DNA of 63,955 bases, counting the filler, from Octopus bimaculoides (Eukaryota): NCBI RefSeq assembly GCF_001194135.2. It is 4 parts of 4 records of this genome, joined end to end, with 100 filler letters (N's around TTAATTAATTAA, not from the genome) between each part and the next. Parts side by side here need not be neighbours in the genome. Positions count along the whole stretch, not along the records: positions 26,019 to 51,000 come from NC_068998.1; positions 51,101 to 58,511 come from NC_069007.1; 2 more parts are not named here. One strand, 5' to 3'. The position numbers and the translations under genes were made by a program. Position 1 is the first letter of the stretch, and every line of letters starts with the position of its first letter. The notes under the pieces were generated by a model. It did no database searches, had not been told where the DNA came from, and saw only the letters and a program-made list of their open reading frames with translations. Below, piece after piece: positions 39,316-51,677 of the stretch.

Positions 39316-39640
39316 TAATAATCTTTTTTTGAAAAGTCGAGAGATATGACAGGTTAGCTTGGGAAGTTACGCAGTTGTGGTCGATGATAAAGGTAGCAGT
39401 AGTATCAATAATTGTCGGAGCCCTGGGAACAGTGAGCAAAAATCTCGAGAGATTTGTGGAACAAATAGAGGCTGCAATAAGGGTGGAGCACTTGCAGAAA
39501 ACAGCACTGCTTGGAACAGCTTGAATACTCCGGATGGTGCTCGAAAAATAAGTGGTGTTACCTTAGTTCACTGGTAGAGAACAGCTGACACTGTAGTACA
39601 TCTCCAGCGTTAGAAGCTGTGCAAAGGCAATAATAATAAT

Positions 39641-39853
39641 CTTTTCTACTCTAGGCACAAGGCCTGAAATTTGGGGGAGGGGTACAGTCGATTACATTGA
39701 CCCAGTATTTAACTAGTACTTGATTTATCGACCCCGAAAGGATGAAAGACAAAGTCAACCTCTATAAAATTTGACCTCGGCATGTAAAGACGAGCGAAAT
39801 GCCGCTAAGCATTTTGTCTGGCGGAGCAACGATTCTTTCAGTTCCCCGGCCTT
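39641..39853 (-). mobile_element. SINE family B, tail B1
   Basis: Reverse complement of 50506-50710-type copy; a second partial copy follows at ~39875-40015. Confidence 0.85.
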
Positions 39854-40291
39854 AATAACGCTAACATGATAATCCTTGTGATAGGCACAAGGTGTGAAAT
39901 GTTGTGGGAGGGGCTAGTCCATTAATTGATTCCAGTGCGTAATTGGTATATATTTCATCGATCCCGAAGCAATGAAAGGTCAAGTGAATCTCAATACAAT
40001 TTGAACTCAGAACGTGAAGAGTCGCAACAACAACAACAACAATAAATCTGCAAAGATTCATGTGACGAAAATGGAAAGAACGCTTCACAAAAGTGAAAAA
40101 GTTAGTGTGAAGGAAAAATAATTCTAACATTTTCGTCAAAGATTTTACTGAGGAAACAAAACGAAGTAGAGTGAGATTGAAACAGTGGTCTGAAGTAGTG
40201 TGAAGGTGAAGAAATAGAACAGTATAGAGTTTAATGCGGTTACACAGAAAGATCTGTGGTTGAAACATTCTAAAATGGATGAAAATTAAAG

Positions 40292-40387
<96 letters not shown>

Positions 40388-40403
40388 AGAAGTAAAGTAA
40401 ATT

Positions 40404-40530
40404 GTGGAGGCGTGTGGCCTAGTGGTTAGAGTTTTGGGCTCATGATAGTAACATTGTGGTTTCGATTTCTTGACCGGGTGACGCATTGTGCTCTTGAGTA
40501 AAACGCTTCATTTCACGTCGACCCGGTTCA
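40404..40530 (+). mobile_element. tRNA-head SINE (family F), partial
   Basis: gtggaggcgtgtggcctagtggttagag...ggtttcgatttc...gtgctcttgagtaaaacgcttcatttcacgt; related minus-strand copies at ~45500-45650 and ~55260-55400. Confidence 0.7.
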
Positions 40531-40817
40531 AGAGAGAATGATGTTAAATGTTACCCTGCTGCTTATCTCGTTCAATATCTTTAGTGATGTAAATAAAGTA
40601 AAATAGCTCCGTATAACACATATAGGCCCATAGCCTCGTTTTGACCAAATCTCTCACAATGACGCCATTGTAGCCTGGATATAAATTGATGTAAGCGACT
40701 CGGAATTAAACAAATACCACAACCTGTTTTTTTTAATTGTGTGGCTTGTCTTTTACATTTGAAAATATTTCAAAGTGTTTCTTGTTTGTGTAGTCTTATT
40801 AGTATTGATGTTGTTTC

Positions 40818-40868
<51 letters not shown>

Positions 40869-40910
40869 GTGCGCGTGTATGTGCGTAAATATATAAACAT
40901 ATATTATACA

Positions 40911-40944
<34 letters not shown>

Positions 40945-41118
40945 NNNNNNNNNNNNNNNNNNNNNNNNNNNNNNNNNNNNNNNNNNNNNNNNNNNNNNNN
41001 NNNNNNNNNNNNNNNNNNNNNNNNNNNNNNNNNNNNNNNNNNNNNNNNNNNNNNNNNNNNNNNNNNNNNNNNNNNNNNNNNNNNNNNNNNNNNNNNNNNN
41101 NNNNNNNNNNNNNNNNNN

Positions 41119-41152
<34 letters not shown>

Positions 41153-41264
41153 ACACACACATTACATTACATTGCAAGGCAGACATTATAATGACGGATA
41201 ATGTTATCAACCGGTTATAATTATTTTTAAGGAAACGCAATCGCTCCAGATTAATCAAAATAAG

Positions 41265-41465
41265 CCGCTTCCGCTGTCTTCGTACGTGCGCATGCGCATG
41301 TATACATTCGTGGGGGAGATCGAAATACAAAACAGTATTCTTCGAGCGAACTCTCTAGGATATTTGTTCTGCAGCGAGTTACAAACACTCCCTTATCGCC
41401 CTCTCCGTCATAAATACAGTGAACCAATGAGTATTCCATTAGCAGTATATAAACAATGACGTCAT
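41265..41465. promoter_or_regulatory. Candidate promoter/enhancer motif cluster
   Basis: CCGCTTCCG 41265-41273 (ETS-like), TGCGCATGCGCA 41287-41298 (NRF1 consensus), CCAAT 41424-41428, TATATAAA 41446-41453, ATGACGTCAT 41456-41465 (CRE). Motif presence only; function is inferred. Confidence 0.4.
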
Positions 41466-41877
41466 CATTCCCCTTAAATAATTATGAAAGAAGTTATTTT
41501 AAGACATGTCACAAGGCAGATTAAGACTAGTCTTAGACCAAATTAGGATTAATTGTAGGACACTACTGTCTGTATGCTTTCTCCTTGGCCTTGTTACTGT
41601 ACCAACGAATGATACTCCGTTTGCTAAAAGTAACGGCCAAATGTCCCTCAAACTACACACAATAATCTTAAATAAAGAAGGACACGTTTTGAATTGGATA
41701 TACAAAACCACTGGACAGTCACGGCTGGAATGCTTGTAATCCTGATTTTGCTCACTCAGGACTGACCTAGGGCTACACATCATCGTGATCATCAGCATCG
41801 TCGTCGTCATCATCATCATTATCATCATCACCACTAACATCATCATTCCTATCACCTTCTCACCGGCATCGTCGACG

Positions 41878-41913
<36 letters not shown>

Positions 41914-42602
41914 ACATCATCACCACAACCACCACCACTCCCATCATCATCACTATCATCACTACCACCACCATCATCATCATTATCATCACCCTCATCA
42001 ACATCGTCCCCGTCGCAGTCATCATGTACCAACTCCGTCTCATTCTTACTAGAAACCCTTTGACCAATCCTACTTCCCGGAGAATTACGTTCTCGCAGCA
42101 AATCATTCGTAGCCCTTTGTGTCTCGGTGAGTCTTGGGTTAGAATAGGAGTGGAGATGTGATTTCGACACCCCGGTCCCAAAACTGAATTCCTATATTCC
42201 GACCTAATTAACTCCGGTAACTCTGTAATGACAGTTATCCAATGATACACGGGTTACTTCCCTTTACCTTTCCTTTCCATTGGCATCCATGCTTTTTTTT
42301 AGTAAAATGTATTTTTCATAATTTTTACAAGTGAAAAGTTGATAGTGATTTTGAAGTTCAAAGTCGGTAAACCTTTTCTTGATGGAAAATAAAATATATT
42401 TAAAAGGGACTTTAATGAAAAATATTGGGTGATTCTTCAGTATAATGCTAGAATATTTTCGCTTTTAAATCGATGTCTGCCGAATTTCTACAGCCGAATA
42501 AGCAGTCGGAAGTCTGTGTGTGTGAGAGAGGTCTCTGTGTGTTGTTGTTGTAATTGTTGTTGCTGTTGTTCAGCCCTTGGTCGACCCCGGTTTAGTAACT
42601 AT

Positions 42603-42785
42603 TATTTATAGTTTCGTTAGAAGGTGGGGTGGGTGGCTGAGTTGATGACCTTGAATTTGCGGGGTCCCGCAGACTGGAAAGATGGTGTGTGTGTGGGGGG
42701 GGGGACGTAGATAGAAAGAGAATTCCAGGGAGGGGTTTGCCCAGGGGAAGAAGGGGTTGGTGAGTGGTTAAAGTGGAGCCTAGTG

Positions 42786-42836
<51 letters not shown>

Positions 42837-42911
42837 CAGAGACAGACAGAGACAGACAGACAGAGACAGACAGACAGACAGAGACAGAAAGAAGGCAGAG
42901 AGACAGAAGAC

Positions 42912-42942
<31 letters not shown>

Positions 42943-43135
42943 GGCAGACAGACAGACAGAGACAGAGAGAAGGCAGAGAGAGAGACAAACAGACAGATAT
43001 TATGTTGAAGAGAATGGAGGGAAAGGTATCCCGGGTGGGCTTGCTTAATATGCATCCGATGAGGTGTGCTTTACAGTGGCGGTGGGGCGGGTAAAGAGAG
43101 TCATAATACGCAAAATTCCTTAGTGATGACGTCAT
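42603..43135 (-). promoter_or_regulatory. Candidate minus-strand promoter (TATA, GC box, CRE)
   Basis: TATAAATA on minus strand at 42603-42610; G/C-rich boxes and (AGAC)n/(AG)n upstream; GGGGCGGG 43084-43091; ATGACGTCAT 43126-43135. Confidence 0.35.
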
Positions 43136-43525
43136 TGCAAAAACTAAATTCTAGGAAAGGAACTAACCGTTCGATCTTCTATATATATCAAAGCGTTTAG
43201 ATAAATGAATATATATAATTACAAATATAATTAAATAAATTGCAAATAACAAAGTTATAGTGTTAATGTATATATGCGTGCGCGTGCGAGTGTGTGCAGT
43301 GGACAAGATATAAGATTGCTGTTATTATTTTAGTCCCAAATTAACTCTAAATGACAACAATCTAGATTCAAAGAAAATCAATCAATCAATCACTCAATAC
43401 ATAAATAAAAACAATGATGACTTATTGTTGAGTTTCTGCAAATTCCGAGGTTTCTGATATGAGATCGAATTACGACGAAAGTCGATACACATTGCTGGTT
43501 GAGGCCAGTGGTAATACTTTAAACA

Positions 43526-43776
43526 CAGTGGTTCCCAAAGTGAGCGATATTGCTCCCCACCCCCACTGGGGGCGGTGGAAAGATCCAGGGGACGTTGAAG
43601 AAAAGTGGGATGTACATTAACATGTTAATTAGGTTTAAGTTTTATTTGTGAAACAAAGTTGTTTTGAATCTGCTGCAGAAAGTGATCTATATTTGTGGTC
43701 GGGTGGGTGAGGAAACGCTAGGAATGTGGCCTGGGTGTCAAGGGGGCGGCAGCCTGAAAAAGTTTGGGAATCACTG
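43526..43776. mobile_element. hAT (Charlie-like) MITE
   Basis: TIRs CAGTGGTTCCCAAA and TTTGGGAATCACTG; flanks ctttaaaca / ctttaaca (8-bp TSD with 1-nt indel). Confidence 0.85.
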
Positions 43777-44169
43777 CTTTAACAGAATTGTACAATTCGA
43801 TGAATGTAACAACTAGATCTACTCCAGTAAAAATCGTTTCGTCTTTACAAAACAGGGACTAGATACATCAGTAGTGAAATTTGAATATAGGGTCTTATTC
43901 TGCCCAAGGTAGAAGCTAAATATCCCTTCAACAATTTGTACAAACGTTTCAGAATTAGGACGACTTGATCTGCCCAATGTAGCAGCTAAAGCTACAAGTC
44001 GACAGTCTTTGATAAAGGGACAGTGAAATTCGGTGAAGAGATCGTGCTACGCTAACATGAATTTCCTTCATGCAGCACTCATGTCTCCCTAAACAAATTG
44101 TATTCTGTCTCTGAAACATAGGATATATTAATCAGAAATAGGGATTTAATATAGCAGATATATATATGG

Positions 44170-44525
44170 AAAGGTCCGTCCTAGGAATACCGTCACGAGA
44201 GCATATTCGAAATGAGGTAATTCGAGAAGGGAGTGGAACGAGCGATGTGATCGCAGATTACCGAAAGCAGAAGTTCCGCTGGGTTGGACATGTCACAAGG
44301 CTCACAGAGAAGTGGTGAGTTTTCACAGTTGTCGAGTGACATCCACGCGAACGGAAATTCCACTTGGGTGGCTTCCACGACGATGGGAAGACGATTTAGT
44401 CAAGCGATTTGGGTCAAAAATGGAAAATAATGACTTAATCAAGACAGAATTGGAAGCGCATTGTGGCCAGCGGCGTACATTAGCATCTGATGATCTGGTC
44501 AATACTGTGATACTGTGATACTGTG
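44170..44525 (+). mobile_element. RTE-clade LINE 3' end with tandem-repeat tail
   Basis: EHIRNEVIREGSG...KFRWVGHVTRL...GWLPRRWEDDL; tail (ATACTGTG)3 at 44502-44525. Confidence 0.85.
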
Positions 44526-44788
44526 ACATGGGCAACATAAGTCTGTGATGGTGCTTCATACAGCAGGTAAAAAGAGGCTACATAAGTAAGTGATGGGCCT
44601 TATCATACTGCAAATAAATCTCTCCAAACAAAACCATATAGTGTTTAGAATAGGGGTTAAACGGAGAAAGGTCTTCAATGTGGTTATTAATAGTCGTTTG
44701 CAGAATCTTGCATCCGAGTTTCTTGAAATAAACTTTCTACTGTGAGACGGAGCAAGTACTATGCGTAAATATCTTCTGTAAAAGACAA

Positions 44789-44819
<31 letters not shown>

Positions 44820-46230
44820 ACTACGAAACGTTGATCGAACTCTTCGATCCATCTCTGATCAATTTAGCGTAGTTCTATATTAGTAGAACATAACGAGGGG
44901 TAGCGCTTGACTACACCAATAAAAACTATCTGTGAACAAGCTAGCAAGGGAATCTCTGTGGCATGGTCGCTACATTTGCAAGAAATAGCAGTCAAATCTC
45001 CTTTAAATTATAACTTATGGTAGGCATGAGTAACCGTTTTCGAGAAGCGAGCTACATGAGCCATAACTCTTCATCAGTCGGGCTGCATTACTAAAAAGAT
45101 TCGACGAAAGCAAGAGCATCCTATAGTATTAAAATGTAGCACATTGAATATTAGAATCTTAATCTGTTTGACTCTGAAGACACATCCTTTAATTCTACGA
45201 AATTGCGATAAATCTGCAATTCAGGGAATTCTGACTTCATCGATTGTTGAACGAAACAACGGATTCTGTATGGATATCAAGCAAGTGAGTCTGTACAGAA
45301 ACAACATCAGCAGAGTTTCACATTGTAGAGATATCTACGTTGGACAGATGCCCACACTGTGCAAATCTCTATTCTGTACGAGTTAAACACTGTACAGATG
45401 TGTAAACTATGATGATGTCAACTCTGGTCCGGTCAATACAGATTGAAAATGCTATACAGAGCGTAAAGACGGACGAAATGCTGCTAATGCGACAAGACTG
45501 GTCCTCTGAACACAGGTGTGTTCCAGCTGTGTGGACTGGAGCAACGAGAAATAAAATGTTTTACCGAAGGACATAACGCGCCACCAGGAATCGATCTCAC
45601 GACCTTACGATTGTAAACCGATTACCCTAACCACTAAGCCACACGCCTTCACAGCCTATGACAGCTCTATGTAACACTATTTACAAAACCTATAACGACA
45701 CCCTATAATAACCTTATAAAGAACGTGTATAAGCTCTATGACAACTCTATTTATAAGATACCAGAATCCTTGTAAAAAGTGTATATAAAACCGGTAGTTT
45801 AGCGAATGATAGTGAGTGAAGAAGTGACGTCAGGTAACGAAGCCAACAATTTAAGTGTCTTTTTTGTGTATGCGTGACATCATGGGATCCTCGAGAATTT
45901 TATCTACTGATATGCGGATAGAGCAGAAAGAGATTTAAGGTCGCACAACAACTACCAATCGGCGGTTAAAGGAGCTCGTTTTTGGAGTCGTTTGCCAGTT
46001 CATGTCAAGAAACTTCTTCGATCCTTTCCACTACAGAACCAATAAAACCCTGTATAAGATCATATACTGAAGCTAATTCTGATCCTACTCAACAATCAGT
46101 AACTAGCCACAAAAAAAGAAGAAAAATGGGTGAAACGGGTACTCCGACTGTTACGACACGAGGATTCCACTTGATTCAATCAATGGAACGGAGTGCAAGA
46201 GGCTGAACACTCCAAGAACGCGCGCGCGCG

Positions 46231-46284
<54 letters not shown>

Positions 46285-46285
46285 C

Positions 46286-46335
<50 letters not shown>

Positions 46336-46505
46336 CTGATGGGGTAGCAGGAGCGGTCCGCCCCGGGCAGCACTTTTGTGTCTGCTGTAGGCAGTATGTG
46401 TTTTTTTGTGGGGTCCGGGTGCAGCAAACGGAAGGGCCACCCCGGGCGGCACACATTCTAACTACGCTAATGGATAGATAGATAGATAAGGTGCTAAGGA
46501 ATGTA

Positions 46506-47210
46506 CGAAGGAAGTCAAAAATTTTCCGCACTTTCACTATAATATATCTTTATTATTGTTACACTGGCTTCTGTGAATGCGTGCTTATAGTTTGTGGTCA
46601 TGTGATCGAAGTCTGAGCCTGATCGTGCCATTTTTCTTCCTGGCTTTACATTATAAGCATGGCCGCTCCGCTAGCAATGTGCACCAGAGAAGAACAAAGA
46701 GTAGTGATCCGATTTCTCTGAAAAAGGGGTCTACGATCAGCTGCAAGATACACGGGTTTGCTGGCCAACAAACTGAAGCCAGCAATTTGCACCAAACGCC
46801 GAAGTCTATTGCCGAAGAAAGTTTTGCTGTCGCATGACAATGCACACCCACAAGCGGTCGCCCAGACCGTTGAAACCATTAACCAATTAGTCTTTGAGGT
46901 GCTGGAACATCCTACCCACAGTGCGGATCTCATCCCTTCCGACTATCATATCTTTGGAAAGCTCAAAGATGGTATACGAGGTCGTTTATTTCCTACGGAT
47001 GAAGATGTGTATACACTGGCAGCAGTGTATAAATAGTAGTACGATCAACCGAAAACCTTTTTCTTGGAGAAAATGCGTAAGTTTGTGGACCGCCGGACCA
47101 AGTGCATCGAAAAGGAAGGTGATTATATAGAAAAATGACGTATTTTTTATCCCCTGCTTTTGTGTAAATACATTGACAAAACAAGAGTGCGTGTTTTTGA
47201 TTCTCCCTCG
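46506..47210 (+). mobile_element. Mariner element, internally deleted
   Basis: TA at 46504-46505 and 47211-47212; degenerate TIRs cgaaggaagtcaaaaattttccgcact and (rc) cgagggagaatcaaaaacacgcact. MAAPLAMCTREEQRVVIRFL joined to LLSHDNAHP...HPTHSADLIPSDYHIFGKLK...KCIEKEGDYIEK*. Confidence 0.9.
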
Positions 47211-47219
47211 TAATTCAAT

Positions 47220-47275
47220 AGACCCCAAACTGGGGTCCGCAAAAGTAGTAGTAGAGTCCGTGAACTAAGTTCAAA

Positions 47276-47348
<73 letters not shown>

Positions 47349-47410
47349 ATAAGCATATTAAAAGAGGTCGGTGAGAAAACTAATGTAAATAAAAAGGTTG
47401 GGAACCACTG
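47220..47410. mobile_element. hAT (Charlie-like) MITE right part with (TA)n insertion
   Basis: ggggtccgc internal motif and right TIR aaggttgggaaccactg ending at 47410, followed by ctatagac; left TIR not seen. Confidence 0.55.
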
Positions 47411-47879
47411 CTATAGACCAATGGCATAAAATTAGATGATTATGTTAAAGAGATACTGAATGTTTTACACAAAATTATTCTTATTTAGAAAAATTTATTT
47501 CTGACTTCAAAATAGGAAAAAAAAGCAACACCTAGCGGCAGTTGTTGCTAACGCTGAAAGAAGAGGGGAGGTAATTACAATACCGCATGAGTAAATTTTG
47601 TATCTACTAGAGAGAAAATCTAGTCTTTGACAGAGTGTATATATTTAATACGTGTATATATTTAATACATTTGTATTTTATATTGCAGTTGAGAATAATA
47701 GCGTCGATTATTACATAGTTTTATGGTATCAATCATTGGTTCACTGTATTTATGACGACGAGTGTTTTAAGGAACTCGTTGCGTAACTAAATATAGAATA
47801 ACTAGCGAAAAATGCGGAGATCGATTTATTCAGCAAAACCCATTAAGATGGTGCCCTTAGTAAGGCCGCTGTCAAGAGA

Positions 47880-48015
47880 GCCTTACTGGTTCTCTTAACT
47901 TCCTGATCTCCGAGTTACGCATTCTGTCGAGTAACGTTACTCCGGAGATCCCACGAAGGTACTCCATTTCGGTCCCGTTTATTCGCGATCGTACTCTTTC
48001 GGTCATAACCCAATT
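47880..48015 (-). mobile_element. RTE-like LINE fragment (post-RT domain)
   Basis: INGTEMEYLRGISGVTLLDRMRNSEIRKL resembles EMxxLRxIxGVTxxDRxRNxEIR. Confidence 0.75.
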
Positions 48016-48419
48016 TTTATGATCATAATATTTATGATATTCATATCCAATATTTATGATTATAAGGGAAGAAAGCATAAAAAATCAAATTGAAGACGAC
48101 AAGTTTGACTACATTCGCCCCACAAAACCGTTGGCATTGTGTCTATGCTAGCAACCATTAAGAAACGGGNNNNNNNNNNNNNNNNNNNNNNNNNNNNNNN
48201 NNNNNNNNNNNNNNNNNNNNNNNNNNNNNNNNNNNNNNNNNNNNNNNNNNNNNNNNNNNNNNNNNNNNNNNNNNNNNNNNNNNNNNNNNNNNNNNNNNNN
48301 NNNNNNNNNNNNNNNNNNNNNNNNNNNNNNNNNNNNNNNNNNNNNNNNNNNNNNNNNNNNNNNNNNNNNNNNNNNNNNNNNNNNNNNNNNNNNNNNNNNN
48401 NNATATATATATATATATG

Positions 48420-48706
48420 TGTTTATTCTATCGGTGACTTTTGCTGAGCTGCTAGGTTACAGAGACGCACACACACTCACACACACACTCGCGCGCACGC
48501 ACACACACTCACACACACACTCGCGCGCACGCACACACATGTATGTATGTATGTATGTATGTATGTATGTATACGACGATCTTCTTTCAGTTTCCGACTA
48601 CCAAATCCACTCACATGGCATTTGTTGGCCCGAGCTCATAGCAAAGGACACTTGCCCAATATGACCGAGCAGCGGGACTGAACCCGAAACCATGTGGCTG
48701 GAAAGC
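48420..48706 (-). mobile_element. SINE family C/D with internal microsatellite
   Basis: D-module piece 48420-48468, (CA)n/(TATG)n tract, C head 48572-48706. Confidence 0.8.
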
Positions 48707-49283
48707 ATTCCTCCTATTATTCGTAACTTTTGTAAATTATGACAAATTATCATAATATATTCAACCACAGTTAATTATAAGAATGTTAATATTAACTTTA
48801 ATAGTTACACATTAATGGTTAAACATTAATATCAATAGTTACACATCAATAGTTAAACTTTAATATTAGTATTAATAGTTAAACATAAACCAGGAAGCTG
48901 GGTTGGTAGAATGGACAGAAAGAACAGCGAAAGATACCGCGCGGTAAAACATTTACATCAATATTTATAGTCTCCCAGTTGTATAATGGCGAGAGTTATG
49001 TCCTCTTATTTGACGTTCTCACATCAAATAATTCGATGTTGATTTATTATTGTTCGATAAATACCGATGAAGTATTAAAATCGAGATCGACAACTATCAC
49101 ACACACACACGCATTGTAATATTTATGTCTGACATTTTATTTAATAACCAACCACACTGGCGCTGAGGTGTCACACTACAGTTATTCCCCTTTCCTGTAT
49201 TGACTTTCAATGCTGCAAAAACGCTTCGAATTTGTACCGAGGCTCAGTAACGTTGAAATTATTTTCGTAAGGAAGTCGATGCC

Positions 49284-49553
49284 AGCGGTGAGCTGGCAGA
49301 AACGTTAGCACAACGGGCGAAATGCTTAGCGGTACTTCGTCCCCTCTGTGTGTAGCCCCTTGTGGGCAGTAAAGAAATAGGTATTTCGTCTGCCGTTACG
49401 TTCTGAGTTCAAATTCCACAGAGGTCGACTTTGCCTTTCATCCTTTCGGGGTCGATAAATTAAGTACCAGTTACGCACTGGGGTCGATGTAATCGACTTA
49501 ACTCCCTTGTTTATCCCCTCTATGTTTAGCCCCTTGTGGGCAATAAAGAAATT
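49284..49553 (+). mobile_element. SINE family B (tail B2) with 12-bp TSD and nested truncated copy
   Basis: TSD GAAGTCGATGCC at 49272-49283 and 49554-49565; extra tail segment at 49342-49379. Confidence 0.92.
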
Positions 49554-50039
49554 GAAGTCGATGCCTGATATGGACTTCAACGATACTGTGTTCTCTTTAA
49601 CATCTTTGAGACGGCAGCAACAGACACATTCTTTCGAGTGTTCAGTTGATCAAGAGTACGTTCTCATACTTGAAGCCAGGAAGGCCGCGAGCTGGCAGGA
49701 TCGTAAGTATTTGTGGTTATCTCACCTCCATTAAATAATCGGGTTAGCTGCCCCGACTTTAAAAAATTGTTTAACCCTCAATAAAACAAAGAAAGAATGA
49801 AAAATTAATAAACGTGAACAGTGAAAAGATTAAATATCTAATTAAATATCTAATAACATCGTTATAACAAATCGTAGCATGTCTATTGAGGAGGCCAAAC
49901 GTCAACAACGTGTTGAAGCATTGAATCAAAACGATCTAACTCTTTTAATCCAATCTTTTGTCGCCACATAAACTCAAATTTTTAGTAGGGAGTTAACCCA
50001 ATTTTTTTAATGGAAGTGAGCTAACCAAAAAGTACCGAA

Positions 50040-50285
50040 TCGTTTGCACGACGGTTAAAATGCTTAGCAGCATTTGTCTGCCTGTACGTTCTGAGTTCAA
50101 ATTCCGCTGAAGTCAATTTCGCTTTTGATCCAGTCGAGATCTATGAAATAAGTATCTGTTGGGTCAATTTTTGCCTTTTATCCAATCGGGATCTATGAAA
50201 TAAATACTTGTTGAGAACTGGGATCGGGGAAGTCAATTAATTCCCTCCCGCAGAATTCCTAGCCTTATCCCTAAAGTAGAAAAGG
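50040..50285 (+). mobile_element. Old SINE family B copy with duplicated central segment
   Basis: gttctgagttcaaattccgctgaagtcaatttcgcttttgatcc...gatctatgaaataagta is followed by a second gtcaatttttgccttttatcc...gatctatgaaataaata. Confidence 0.7.
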
Positions 50286-50505
50286 TTATTGCGGACCGGG
50301 TTCTGAGTCCCTACTTATGGACAGGAATAGAACTTCTTCGTCATGCGACTGCAAAGAGGATGTAAAAAACTGGAAGAGATGTCTTCGAAACAGCAGAATA
50401 ATAGAAGACTCTGTGAGAGAGCGGCGCCCCCGTATCTCTATGACTTGAAGTTCTCTCCCTTCCTTAGGGACCATTTCTCATCGTTTTATAGTTAGCTATT
50501 GGCCA

Positions 50506-50710
50506 AGGCGGCGAGCTGGCAGAATCGTTAGCAGGCCGGGCGAAATGCTTAGCGGTATTTTGTCTGCCTTTACGTTCTGAGTTCAAATTCCGCTGAGGTC
50601 GACTTTCATCCATTTGGGGGTCGATCAATTAAGTACCAGTTGAATACTGGAGTCGATTACATCAACTATCCCCCTCCCCCAAATTTCAGGCCTTGTGTCT
50701 ATAATAGAAA
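50506..50710 (+). mobile_element. SINE family B, tail B1
   Basis: aggcggcgagctggcagaatcgttagcaggccgggcgaaatgcttagcggtatt...cccctcccccaaatttcaggccttgtg. Confidence 0.92.
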
Positions 50711-50966
50711 TATTGGTATTTGTACATCTGCTTCTTCAAAGCAACCCTAGGTTATGTTATTTTTAGTCCTTCTACTGTTGCCCTCAAGGTCTTCGGTCCC
50801 TTTGTTGACATTGCGGCATTTCTTAAAGGTCTTTAACATTCCGAGTTATAACTATAATGACCAAAAGTCTACAATGATGATGATGATGATGAAGACGATG
50901 ACGACGACGACGATGATGATGACGATGATGATGAGTGGTGGCGGTTGTAATGATTGATAATGATGC

Positions 50967-51000
<34 letters not shown>

Positions 51001-51375
51001 NNNNNNNNNNNNNNNNNNNNNNNNNNNNNNNNNNNNNNNNNNNNTTAATTAATTAANNNNNNNNNNNNNNNNNNNNNNNNNNNNNNNNNNNNNNNNNNNN
51101 TCTCATTCCTAAGGTATTTTTTGATGCTATTATTCTTGTTATTATTATTGTTCAGGTTACTGCCTGGAATTGAACTCAGAATCTTGGGGTTAAGAGCACA
51201 ATCGGAAAATACCTTAGGAATGAGAACCCAGGTTCGAAATTTCCTCAGGACACCCGCCATGATATGGCATATATTAAAAGTAATGGTAAATAGATATTTT
51301 TCTACAACTCGATCATTGTTCTTCTTCCATCTTTCACATCTTAGAACATATTGTTGCAATAAATCTTTGCCGTTA

Positions 51376-51414
<39 letters not shown>

Positions 51415-51677
51415 GCCTGCCAGAGTAGAAAGATGAGATATTTCCAATGCAGCACTGAATCAAGCTCTGAGCTATCAACACTATCTAATAATAAGACTAA
51501 TACTGAAATTCTTCAGGTGTAATGAAATCCTGGTTTCATTACCATAAAACTGTTGTGTGGGTTCAGCGAAGAGTGAAGATAACTATATTTTGTAATCATT
51601 ATCCGTAATCTACGTCCAAAACACTTCAGTAGCTCTACTTTGCATCACTTGTAAACTTACCGCCAAAGCAACTTAAA

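Noticed and set aside
41251-41439. 62-aa minus-strand ORF MEYSLVHCIYDG...
   Set aside because: There is an in-frame stop just upstream, only a weak acceptor and no recognisable family; the region is better explained as regulatory.
45650-45790. Degenerate AT-rich minisatellites (also 36358-36445, 48770-48890, 5485-5590)
   Set aside because: These are simple slippage-type repeats with no further structure.
49865-50470. Short open frames in unique sequence (MSIEEAKRQQRVEAL...; MRLQRGCKKLEEM...)
   Set aside because: They are of a length expected by chance, lack convincing splice-site pairs, and resemble no family I know.
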